Positions 19,521 through 28,124 of a stretch of 64,000 nt of DNA are shown here, piece after piece. Origin of the DNA: Candidatus Multivoradales bacterium. Lineage in GTDB: Bacteria; Acidobacteriota; Thermoanaerobaculia; Multivoradales; JAHEKO01. The notes beneath the pieces are model-generated. The model was not told where the DNA came from, searched no databases, and saw only the letters and a list, made by a program, of their open reading frames with translations. The position numbers and the translations under genes were made by a program. The stretch is taken from positions 1,760,001 to 1,824,000 of the forward strand of contig CBDCXM010000009.1 in assembly GCA_965223855.1 (NCBI GenBank), given 5' to 3'. Numbering within the stretch: position 1 is the first letter of the stretch; each line of letters opens with the position of its first letter.

Positions 19521-21386
19521 GTGCCGCAGGGGCTGAGCTGGTACCTGAGACGGGCTGGCGCGATGAGCCCGAGGGAGTGGGCCCACCGGATCAGGGCTGC
19601 CCTCTCCGTGTCCCGGTTGCGTGTCGAGCAGCTCGGTCGAGGGAGGACGGGGTGGGTCGAGCGCAATCCGACGGAGTTCGCCTTCTGCACAGGGGCACAG
19701 CGCCGGCTCCCTGAAGTCGAATGGGCGCCGGGAAGCGAACGCACCGGGCTCGACGAGGTACGGGTCCTCGCACGCAGTATGAGCGAAGAGCCCGACCGCT
19801 GGCACCGCGCCCCCGACACGGGGCTCACCTGGCCTCTCGAGTTCTTCGCCGGCATCGACTATCGCAGTGGCAACAGATGGGGGGACGCTCGGCTCGTGTG
19901 GGAGCCCTCTCGTCTTCAGCTGCTGCTGGTTCTGGCTCGTGCTGCGGAGTCTGGCTCAGGGGACGAGGCCGCCGGGCTGGTGACGGAGATCGAGCGCTGC
20001 CTGGCCTCCTGGCTGGAAGCGAACCCTCCCTATCTGGGGATTCACTACGTCTCGGCGATGGAATGCGGGCTCCGGATTCTCTCCGTCTGCCATGCGCTGG
20101 ACCGGGTCCGGGCTCGTCTCGAGGAGTCGACCTGGCGCCGCGCGATCTCCCTGATCGAGAGCCACGCTGTGCTGATCGAGAGACGTCTGTCGCTGTACTC
20201 TTCGGCAGGGAATCACACCCTTGCGGAGGCTGCGGGCCTGATCTTCGCCGGTGGCTTGTTTCCAGAGCTCCCGTCCTCGCGTCGCCGACTCTTGAGGGGC
20301 CTCTCCCTGTTCGAGAAGGAAGTCGATCGGCAGATCCTGCCGGACGGCGGAGGGATCGAGCGCTCCACCGGGTACTCGCGCTTCATCACCGACCTGTGTG
20401 GTCTGGTCGTGGCGGCCCTTCCGGCCTGGGGTGCCGAGGCTTCGGAAGTCCTGGAGGCGGCCTGGCGTCGCGGTCGGGACTTCCTGGAAACTCTGAGCCC
20501 CGAGCCCGGCTCGATGCCACAGCTGGGAGACGGCGACGGCGGATTCGCGCTTTCGCCTCATCTGAGGACGGCATGGCGCGAGGAAGCACCTTTCGAAGGG
20601 AGGCGAACGTTCGAGGAGACCGGCGTCACCGTGCTTGCGTCCAAGCGGGCTCGGCTGGTCTTCGATCACGGCGCACTCGGCATGGCGCCGCTCCACGGGC
20701 ACGGTCATGCCGATGGGCTGGCCATCGACCTTGCGCTCGACGGTCGCGAGGTCTTCGTCGACTGCGGAACGGGCACTTATCGGCCGGACGGCCTGAACGG
20801 GCATGGCTGGCGTGCGTACTTCCGCGGTACCCGCGCCCACAATACGGTCTGCGTCGGTGACGAGGATCAAGCCGTGCAAGCCGGTGCGTTCCAGTGGACC
20901 TCTCCCTACGACTGCTCACTCGTCGACCAGGGAGAACTGAGTGGCCGTCTGTGGCTGCTGGCCCGGCTGCGTCCCGCCCATGGCCGCTGGACGCACTGGC
21001 GGGGAATCGGCTGGGACGAGAGCTGTGGACTGTTCGTCTGGGATCGTGTGGTCGGGGAGGGAGTCCATGAGCTGGAGCTGAACTGGCATGTTCCGGTCAC
21101 GGTCGAGGAGCTCGACGGAGTCGGTTGGCAGCTCGGTGACCTGGTACGACTCTCGGTGCAGGGGCCGGGAGAGGATTCGATCGCACGGGGTGCCGACGAC
21201 GTGGTCGGGGACGCTCCGGGGCCGGGATGGTGGTCGCGTCGCTACGCGGAGCGTGAGCCGCTGACGTCGATCAGCCGTCGACATCGTGGCGAACTGCCCT
21301 GCGAGTGGAGTACGTCGGTGTCCTGGCTCCGGGGCGAGAGCCCTGGCTGGGAGAGTCTGCGGACCCTGTTCGAGGAGCGCACGTGA
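19521..21386 (+). CDS. Heparinase II/III family protein
   Basis: VWEPSRLQ, NHTLAEA, PDGGGIERS, HGHAD, DCGTGTY, TRAHNTV; start approximate (GTG 19521). Confidence 0.8.
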   Translation: MPQGLSWYLRRAGAMSPREWAHRIRAALSVSRLRVEQLGRGRTGWVERNPTEFAFCTGAQRRLPEVEWAPGSERTGLDEVRVLARSMSEEPDRWHRAPDTGLTWPLEFFAGIDYRSGNRWGDARLVWEPSRLQLLLVLARAAESGSGDEAAGLVTEIERCLASWLEANPPYLGIHYVSAMECGLRILSVCHALDRVRARLEESTWRRAISLIESHAVLIERRLSLYSSAGNHTLAEAAGLIFAGGLFPELPSSRRRLLRGLSLFEKEVDRQILPDGGGIERSTGYSRFITDLCGLVVAALPAWGAEASEVLEAAWRRGRDFLETLSPEPGSMPQLGDGDGGFALSPHLRTAWREEAPFEGRRTFEETGVTVLASKRARLVFDHGALGMAPLHGHGHADGLAIDLALDGREVFVDCGTGTYRPDGLNGHGWRAYFRGTRAHNTVCVGDEDQAVQAGAFQWTSPYDCSLVDQGELSGRLWLLARLRPAHGRWTHWRGIGWDESCGLFVWDRVVGEGVHELELNWHVPVTVEELDGVGWQLGDLVRLSVQGPGEDSIARGADDVVGDAPGPGWWSRRYAEREPLTSISRRHRGELPCEWSTSVSWLRGESPGWESLRTLFEERT

Positions 21387-22120
21387 CTGCGGGTCGCATC
21401 GACATCCTGGGGGTGCCGGTCGATCGGCTGACCGCTCAGGAGGCGGTGGCGTTCGTCGAGGAGCGACTCGATGGAACCGAGCCGGTGACGATCGTCGCTG
21501 TGAACCCCGAGAAGATCATCGCCGCTCGGAGCGACACTGCGTTGCTGCGGTTCCTCGAGAGCGCGACACTCCTCATCCCCGACGGGGTCGGTGTGGTCTG
21601 GGCGGCCCGACTCCTGGGGCTGGGCCGCTTCGAACGGGTCGCTGGCGCCGATCTGATGCCGGAGCTGTGCCGGATGGCGGCCCGCCGCGGAGCGGGTGTC
21701 TTTCTTTACGGAGCGACCGAAGAGGTGTCGCGTCGAGCGGCAACGGCGCTGGAGGATCGCTTCGAGGGCTTGTCGATCGCGGGACGTCACCACGGGTATG
21801 TCGGAGAGGGAGAGATGGGCGAACTCGTCGCGTCGATTCGAGCATCCGGTGCGAAGCTGCTCTTCGTGGCCCTTGGCAGCCCGCGGCAGGAGCGCTGGAT
21901 GGCCGAGTACCTCGACCGCCTGCCGCTGGCGGTGTGCCAGGGGATCGGAGGGACCCTGGACGTGCTCGCAGGCGAAGTCCGCAGGGCGCCGGAGCGCTGG
22001 CGTCGTTGGTCGCTCGAGTGGCTCTATCGGCTGGTGCGGGAACCGGGCAGAGTCTTCCGGCAGAAGGCGCTACCGAGGTTCGCCTGGCTCGTTCTGCGGC
22101 AGCGTCTCAGAGGGCGCTGA
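21383..22120 (+). CDS. WecB/TagA/CpsF family glycosyltransferase
   Basis: VNPEK, PDGVGV, RVAGADL, HHGY, VALGSPRQE, GIGGTLD, RRAP…LEWLYRL…EP. Confidence 0.92.
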   Translation: MTAGRIDILGVPVDRLTAQEAVAFVEERLDGTEPVTIVAVNPEKIIAARSDTALLRFLESATLLIPDGVGVVWAARLLGLGRFERVAGADLMPELCRMAARRGAGVFLYGATEEVSRRAATALEDRFEGLSIAGRHHGYVGEGEMGELVASIRASGAKLLFVALGSPRQERWMAEYLDRLPLAVCQGIGGTLDVLAGEVRRAPERWRRWSLEWLYRLVREPGRVFRQKALPRFAWLVLRQRLRGR

Positions 22121-22152
22121 GCCGCGGGCGCCCTGCCGGAGCTTCCCCGACT

Positions 22153-23379
22153 TCAGCCGACGTTGGAGACTTTCGACTCGGTGGTGGGAGGGGCGCTCTC
22201 CGACCGCCGCGGCTCGGCGGCTGTCGCGCCGCTCACTCCGGGCGCACCCTGCCCCAGCATCGCTTCGAGGGCACGTTCCCGCATCGAACGCGCCTTCGCT
22301 CCGGCCCGCTCGTCGGCGCCCAGACTGCGAATGAGGACGATCGCCGCGATCTCGACGAGGATCAGCGTGTAGCCCAATGTGGCGCTGTGGCTCAGCACCA
22401 CCGCCAGCGCCATCAGGCAGCCGGCGACCGCAACCAGGTAGAGCACCCACACCACCCGATGGCGCTTCGGCGCAATATCGAGCAGCACGTGGTGAAGGTG
22501 GTTGCGGTCGGCGTTGAACATCGCCGCGATCCGCCGGGCGACCGAGCCGTGGGGTTTCTGGAGGAAGCGGACCATCATCACCAGCAGGGTGTCGATCGCC
22601 GGCAGCCCGAGAGCGAGGAACGGGACGAGGATGGCGACGGCGGCGGAGGTCTTGAGGGAGGAGTGGAGCGAGACCGCGGCGAGCAGGAAGCCGAGGGTCA
22701 GCGAACCCGAGTCGCCCATGAAGATTCGTGCCGGCGCCCAGTTGTAGCGCAGGAAGCCGAGACAGGCGCCTGCCATGGCGGCGGTGATGAGTGCGGCGAG
22801 AAGGTCACCGTGGAGGGCGGCGAAGATCGCCAGCGCGGCGGCGATGATGGCGCTGATGCCGCCGGCGAGACCGTCGAGGCCGTCGACCAGGTTGATGGCG
22901 TTGGTGATGCCGACCAGCCACAGGACCGAGAGCACGGCGCCGAAGACGGGTCCGAAGTCGACCGGGCCGAGGAGCGGGATCTGCATCCCCTGGAAGGCCC
23001 ACCCCGCCTTGACGATGATGCCGGCGACGGCGAGTTGCACCGCGAGCTTGACCCACACACGGGCTCCCCTGACGTCGTCGAGCACGCCGAGGAGGAAGAT
23101 GACGGAGGCGGAGCCGGCGAAGAGCCATAGTTCGTTGTCGGTCGGTGTCCAGCCGACCTGCCAGCGATAGATGCCGATGGCCGCCGCGGTGCCCGTCGCC
23201 AGGCCGGCGGCGATGGCGATGCCTCCCAGCCTGGGAGTCGGCCGCGTGTGGACGCGCCGCTCTCCCGGCATATCGACACTGCCGATCCCGGACGCCAGGC
23301 GGATCACCGCCGGCACCAGCCACATCGTCGTCGCTGCCGCCAGGATTGCTCCCGCGACCGCCGCCCCTGCGATTGCCAA
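22153..23379 (-). CDS. wecA: MraY/WecA family undecaprenyl-phosphate GlcNAc-1-phosphate transferase
   Basis: PRLGG, GVLDD, NAINLVDGLDGLA, FMGDSGS, DRNHLHH; TTG start with GGAGG RBS. Confidence 0.9.
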   Translation of the reverse strand: MAIAGAAVAGAILAAATTMWLVPAVIRLASGIGSVDMPGERRVHTRPTPRLGGIAIAAGLATGTAAAIGIYRWQVGWTPTDNELWLFAGSASVIFLLGVLDDVRGARVWVKLAVQLAVAGIIVKAGWAFQGMQIPLLGPVDFGPVFGAVLSVLWLVGITNAINLVDGLDGLAGGISAIIAAALAIFAALHGDLLAALITAAMAGACLGFLRYNWAPARIFMGDSGSLTLGFLLAAVSLHSSLKTSAAVAILVPFLALGLPAIDTLLVMMVRFLQKPHGSVARRIAAMFNADRNHLHHVLLDIAPKRHRVVWVLYLVAVAGCLMALAVVLSHSATLGYTLILVEIAAIVLIRSLGADERAGAKARSMRERALEAMLGQGAPGVSGATAAEPRRSESAPPTTESKVSNVG

Positions 23380-23477
23380 ACCAACCTCCCTCAGTCGCGA
23401 ACGAACGTAGCACAGGCTTCGCTTCGGCGCAGAGACGGATGACGCACGGTCTCGGGCCCGTTCCTTGCGGAAGCTTC

Positions 23478-23483
23478 TATACT
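23478..23483 (+). promoter_or_regulatory. Putative -10 box (TATACT) for a leaderless transcript of the RRE gene
   Basis: TATACT lies 6 nt before ATG 23490; no Shine-Dalgarno in between. Confidence 0.45.
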
Positions 23484-23489
23484 CGCGTC

Positions 23490-23783
23490 ATGTCCGAGAA
23501 GCGTTCCGAGCCCGCGCGCAGCTACTCCGCCAGCCCTGACGTCGTCGCTCAGGAGATGGGGGATCAGATGGTGCTCGTCCATCTCGGCACCAACCGGATT
23601 CACTCTCTCAACGCGACGGCACTGAGGCTGTGGGAGCTTCTCGGCGACGGCAGGAATCGCCAGGAGATCGAGGAGACTCTGCTCGCTGAGTTCGATGTCG
23701 AGCGCGGCCTCCTTTCGTCCGAGATCGATGCCACGGTGGCGGCGCTCGCCGCCGCCGACCTGCTGGTCGTCGAAGAAGAGTGA
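23490..23783 (+). CDS. PqqD-family RiPP recognition element (lasso B1-like)
   Basis: 97 aa; DVVAQEMGDQMVLVHL…HSLNATALRLWELL…LLAEFDV…LAAADLL is the classic PqqD pattern. Confidence 0.88.
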   Translation: MSEKRSEPARSYSASPDVVAQEMGDQMVLVHLGTNRIHSLNATALRLWELLGDGRNRQEIEETLLAEFDVERGLLSSEIDATVAALAAADLLVVEEE

Positions 23784-24691
23784 CCCGCCCGCGGCGGATC
23801 GCCGCCCCTGCTCTGGTACGCCTCGACGCCGAGCGCTCCGCCGCGGCCCGATTCGACATCGCGAAGGACATCGTCCTCCACGAGTGGGAGGACACGTCGG
23901 GCTCGGTCGTCGCCTACTCGGCCGAGCGTGAGGGGCGGAAGCTCTTCCACGTCGAGGGGGTGGGCACCTACCTGTTCGATGCAGGTCCGGGTCCCTCCGA
24001 AGGCCGCTCGGCTGCCGTCGAGGCCGCTGCCGATGCCGGGGTGGGTACGGAGAAGGTGGAGGAGGCGTACTACCGCACCGCCCTGCCGTTCGTTCTCAAC
24101 GCTCAGGGAGTGCAGGCGGTCCATGCCAGCGCCGTCGAGACGGCCGGCGGAGTGCTGCTGATCTGCGGGGTCTCCGGGAGCGGCAAGTCGACCCTCGCCT
24201 ACGGTCTGGGCACCCTGGGCTTCCGGGTGTTCGCGGACGACGTGCTCGCCTTCCAGCCCGTGGACGCCGAGATCCTCGCCTCGCCGCTGCCGTTCTCGGT
24301 GCGCCTCACCTCGGACAGTGCATCGCACTACTTTCCCGGGCGGGAGACCGGCGGCTCGAAGCTCATTGCGACGATCGAGCACGCCGCTTCCCTCGAGCCG
24401 CGGCGGTTGGCGCTCGGTCTTTCGCTGGGCGCCGACCGTGCGCCGAACGGTGAACTGAGCATCGAGCGGATGGCCCCCGGCGACGCGCTGTCGGACCTCC
24501 TCGCCCACGCCTACTGCTTCGACCCGGGGCGGCTGCCGGAGAAGGAGGCGATGGTGCGGGACTACCTCGCCCTCTCCGCCCGCATGCCCGTCTTCCGGGT
24601 CGTCCTCGGACGGGGCCTCGAGGGTCTCGATGCCGGCCTCGCTTCGCTGGCCGCTCTCGTCAGGCGGGAACTCGATCTGGCCGAACCGTGA
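23780..24691 (+). CDS. HPr-kinase-like P-loop kinase (lasso peptide kinase type)
   Basis: VHASAV, Walker A GVSGSGKST, ADD motif; lies between the RRE and the precursor. Confidence 0.8.
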   Translation: MTRPRRIAAPALVRLDAERSAAARFDIAKDIVLHEWEDTSGSVVAYSAEREGRKLFHVEGVGTYLFDAGPGPSEGRSAAVEAAADAGVGTEKVEEAYYRTALPFVLNAQGVQAVHASAVETAGGVLLICGVSGSGKSTLAYGLGTLGFRVFADDVLAFQPVDAEILASPLPFSVRLTSDSASHYFPGRETGGSKLIATIEHAASLEPRRLALGLSLGADRAPNGELSIERMAPGDALSDLLAHAYCFDPGRLPEKEAMVRDYLALSARMPVFRVVLGRGLEGLDAGLASLAALVRRELDLAEP

Positions 24692-24747
24692 GGACTCTGC
24701 TAGGGTGGCCGGGTTCACTGGTTGGTAAGGATCCGGGGGCGAAGGTA

Positions 24748-24921
24748 ATGACCAAGAGCACAAAGAGCGGTGACAAGGCGACGCGGCGGCAGGCATGGCA
24801 GCCGATGGAAGTTCGGGAGCTCGGAGAGCTCAGCGAGGTGATCCGGACCGGCGGCGGCAAGCTGAGTTCGGCCGGCGGCGATCCGGGCGAGAACCGCAAG
24901 CAGATGGGCGGCGGCGGCTAG
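24748..24921 (+). CDS. Putative lasso-type RiPP precursor peptide (57 aa)
   Basis: MTKSTKSGDKATRRQAWQPMEVRELGELSEVIRTGGGKLSSAGGDPGENRKQMGGGG; GAAGG RBS; W-x8-G leader spacing like YxxPxLxxxG; Gly-rich core with Asp/Glu; immediately upstream of the cyclase. Confidence 0.75.
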   Translation: MTKSTKSGDKATRRQAWQPMEVRELGELSEVIRTGGGKLSSAGGDPGENRKQMGGGG

Positions 24922-24964
24922 CCCCCAGACGACCGACCGCGCCTCCGCAATCAGGAGCGTCACG

Positions 24965-26896
24965 ATGCAGCGCGGTGCGACTCCGCAGCGCCTAGGCCGT
25001 TGCGCCCACTGGGTGGCGTGCCTCGGTACCGCGCCGGATCCGATGGCGCCCGAGGAGGGTGCGCGCCTGCGGAATCTCGGTCCTTCCGGGGGCGGGAGAC
25101 GTCTCGCCGTCTCGGTACCGACGGACAGTGACGGTCCCGAGCTTCTGTCGACCGAGCGCTTCGGCGTTCTCTTCGATGGTGAGCTCCACAACGGTGATCA
25201 GCTCGAGAGGGAGCTCGAAGGAGCGGGGCCGGGTGGTGCCGAGTTGGTGCTGCGAGCCTACCGTCGCTGGGGAGCGCTCTTCTACGAGCGGTTGCACGGG
25301 GAGTACTCGCTCCTCTTGTGGGACGGGGACGAGGATCGGTTCTTCGCGGTGCGGGACCGCATGGGTATCTTCCCGCTCTTCCTCGCCTCCGTTGGCGAGG
25401 CGCTCTGGACCTCGAGGTCGCTCGCCGCACTGGCGGCGGAGCCGGCCGTGCCGAGCGACGTCGACCGCGGGGTCATGGCGAGTCATCTGGCGCACAGCTG
25501 GCCGCAGCCGGAGGAGACCTACGTCGCGTCGATTCGCCGCCTCCCGCCGGCGCAGGCGCTGACCGACGAGGGCGGTCGCCGGACGACACGCCGCTACTGG
25601 GATCCGGTGCCGCGGGGCGATGCGACCGCGCTCGAGCCGAGCTCGGGCGAATTCGAGGCGCTGTTCGAGACCGCGATCGCCCGCCGGTGGGCGCCGGGTG
25701 CGACCGGGATCTTTCTCAGCGGCGGCCTCGACTCGGTGTCGATCGCCGCGACCGGCCGCGATCTCGCGCGGGGCAACGGTGGGGGGCCGCTGGCGCTGTG
25801 TCTGCTGTTTCCCGACGAGCACGGCGCCAGCGAGGAGTCGGTGCAACGCGGGGTCACCGGCCAGCTCGAGCTCGACTCGCAAATGCTGACCTTCGACGAC
25901 GCCCTCGCCGGCCGCAACTTCTTTCGCGCCGGCCTCGAATGGAGCGCGCACCTCTCACACCCGATCTGCAATCACTGGTGGCCAGTCTACGGCGAGCTCG
26001 GCGTGCTCGGCCGCGAGTCGGGTTGCGACGTGATCCTGACCGGGATGGGGGGAGACGAGTGGCTGGGAGTTTCGCCCCACTACTCCGCAGATCTGATGCG
26101 CGGCGGCAGTCTCCTGAGAGTGCTCCGACTGCTGAGAGCGGAGCTGCGCTCGTTCCGCCAGCCGGCGCTCAGGATGGCGCCCCGCCTGCTGTGGGACTTC
26201 GGTCTGAAACTGGTTCTGCGCCAGGCGCTCTTTTCGTCGATGGCATGGATGAGCCGGACGCCGGGGCTGCGCGCGGGTGGTCGCGCTCTGACCGGTCTCT
26301 ATCGCGCCAGGAGCCGGCGCATCGGCAGGCGCAACGTCGCGGACTGGCTCGCCCCCGATCCAGAGCTGCGCCGAGAGTTGCTGGAGCGTTTCGAACAGAA
26401 GGTCGATGCGATTCTCGCTCAGGACGAGGACGACTATCTGGTCGAGATGCGCAGGGGCCTCGATCACTTCCTCGTCAGCTCACAGTTCGAGGAGAGCTTC
26501 GAGGTCGAAACCCAGATGGGGGTGCGATTCCGCCATCCGTTCCTCGATGCCCAGCTCGTCGAAGGGCTCTGCCGGGTCGCTCCGGAGGTCCTCATCGAGG
26601 GGGGGCGCAGCAAGGCGCCGTTGCGCGACGCGCTGGAGAAGCGTCTCCCCCAGCTCGGGTTCGAGCGTCAGAAGAAGCTGCTGGCGACCGATTTCTGGCA
26701 GGGTCGCTGCCTGGCCCACGGCGAGGAGGTCTGGGACGAGCTGGGTGGTCCGACCCTCCTGGCGGAGATGGGGATCATCGACCTGGCGGCGGCCGAGCGG
26801 TTCAAGCAGCGCGTCTTCATCGAGCGCGAGCGCACCCAGGCCTACCTCTTCTGGGACCTCGTCAACCTCGAGACCTGGGCCAGGAACTGGAGCTGA
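24965..26896 (+). CDS. Asparagine-synthetase-like lasso cyclase (C protein)
   Basis: FDGELHN, VRDRMG…PL, FLSGGLDS, LTGMGGDE, RHPFLD; no N-terminal MCG Cys, so not a Gln amidotransferase; exact start uncertain. Confidence 0.8.
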   Translation: MQRGATPQRLGRCAHWVACLGTAPDPMAPEEGARLRNLGPSGGGRRLAVSVPTDSDGPELLSTERFGVLFDGELHNGDQLERELEGAGPGGAELVLRAYRRWGALFYERLHGEYSLLLWDGDEDRFFAVRDRMGIFPLFLASVGEALWTSRSLAALAAEPAVPSDVDRGVMASHLAHSWPQPEETYVASIRRLPPAQALTDEGGRRTTRRYWDPVPRGDATALEPSSGEFEALFETAIARRWAPGATGIFLSGGLDSVSIAATGRDLARGNGGGPLALCLLFPDEHGASEESVQRGVTGQLELDSQMLTFDDALAGRNFFRAGLEWSAHLSHPICNHWWPVYGELGVLGRESGCDVILTGMGGDEWLGVSPHYSADLMRGGSLLRVLRLLRAELRSFRQPALRMAPRLLWDFGLKLVLRQALFSSMAWMSRTPGLRAGGRALTGLYRARSRRIGRRNVADWLAPDPELRRELLERFEQKVDAILAQDEDDYLVEMRRGLDHFLVSSQFEESFEVETQMGVRFRHPFLDAQLVEGLCRVAPEVLIEGGRSKAPLRDALEKRLPQLGFERQKKLLATDFWQGRCLAHGEEVWDELGGPTLLAEMGIIDLAAAERFKQRVFIERERTQAYLFWDLVNLETWARNWS

Positions 26897-26903
26897 TCGT
26901 CTC

Positions 26904-28106
26904 TCAGGAGCCGCTACGCCTCGAGACTGCAACACGCCGGCTCAGGTAGATCACGCCTCGGCGCACGAGGTCGAAGGGTCGCACGAGCCGCAGCAGGAAG
27001 ATCCGCAGTTTCGAGTCGGTAGGGCCGTAGATCACTTCCAACTCGGCGCGGGTCTTGAAGACCATCCGCCAGAGTCGTTTTGTCAGCACCGCAATCGTCG
27101 ATCGGCCGCTGAGGCCGGGGCGGTGGATGCGGAGGCGCAGCGACTCCCGGTAGGCGCGGTCCAGCTGGCCGGCGACCAGGTGCCGGAGCAGCACGAGGGC
27201 GCCGCTCGGCGGGTCGCCGGTCTCCTCGATCCCTTCGAGGGCGCCCCGCTCCAGCAGGTCGCAGAGCTTCCTGACAGCCGTCGCCTCCGCCCGGTTGACA
27301 CTGGCCGAGGTCATGCCGGCCGCGAGCTCGAAGTCACCGTCTCGGCTACCGACGCCGAGGTCAGAAAGATCCGCCAGCATCCGGCTCAGCGGATAGGAGG
27401 CGGGGCTCCAGCCATGCTGCGCGACGCCGTGCGCCAGCAGGTGTGCCATCAGCACCGCTCGCGAGGGGATCATGCAGAGGCGCTCCCGCCCGGAGGCCTG
27501 CACGAGGTGGTCGGCGCGCTCGAGGCCTTCGAAGCCGACCGGAGCCTCTCCCGGCGCCAACCGCACGCCCGGGATCATGAGGTGAATCTCGACGGCGGCG
27601 AGCCGGGGGTGACTCATCACGGTCAGCTGATGCTCGGACTCGGGGAAGTCCTCGAGCGCGTAACCCTCTCGGGTCAGCTCCTCGGCCAGCTCCCGGGCTC
27701 GGGGCTCCGGTACCAGGAGGTCGACGTCGCAGGCGAAGCGGCCACCGAGCGGCACGATGCCGTCCTCCTCGAGCGCCTGGCCCTTGAGCAGGGCGAGCGG
27801 AATCGATCGCGCGGCGACCACGTCGAGCAGCAGTGACACGGTCCTGTGCCGCCGCAGCGCCTCCGCCCTGGCTGCGGCCTGTGTGGCCACCAGCGCCTCG
27901 GCCGCCTCTCGCCCCAGTTCCCGGTCGAGCTCTTCGAACCCCGAGCGCGTCGCCAGCCGGGCTCCGAGGTCGAAGGTGGCGGCCAGTTCGAGTGCCCGCC
28001 GTGCGTCGATGGCTTCGGGGGCGGGGTGGCGAGCCGTGCTGAAGGCACGAGTGAGGAGCCACAGCAGCTCGGGCTCGAGGTCACAAGCCGGCGGTCGGAA
28101 CCTCAT
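26904..28106 (-). CDS. Nucleotidyltransferase family protein (NTP_transf_5-like)
   Basis: LALLKGQAL…RFACDVDLLV…VEIH and R…DL motifs; this family is common in lasso clusters. Confidence 0.8.
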   Translation of the reverse strand: MRFRPPACDLEPELLWLLTRAFSTARHPAPEAIDARRALELAATFDLGARLATRSGFEELDRELGREAAEALVATQAAARAEALRRHRTVSLLLDVVAARSIPLALLKGQALEEDGIVPLGGRFACDVDLLVPEPRARELAEELTREGYALEDFPESEHQLTVMSHPRLAAVEIHLMIPGVRLAPGEAPVGFEGLERADHLVQASGRERLCMIPSRAVLMAHLLAHGVAQHGWSPASYPLSRMLADLSDLGVGSRDGDFELAAGMTSASVNRAEATAVRKLCDLLERGALEGIEETGDPPSGALVLLRHLVAGQLDRAYRESLRLRIHRPGLSGRSTIAVLTKRLWRMVFKTRAELEVIYGPTDSKLRIFLLRLVRPFDLVRRGVIYLSRRVAVSRRSGS

Positions 28107-28124
28107 GTCTCCGCCTGGCATCGC

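Noticed and set aside
23490-23783. PqqD gene as evidence of PQQ biosynthesis
   Set aside because: No pqqB/C/E or radical SAM gene; the context is lasso B2 and cyclase
24688-24747. Longer 77-aa version of the precursor ORF
   Set aside because: ATG 24748 has a GAAGG RBS and gives a typical precursor length; the upstream GTG extension is unsupported
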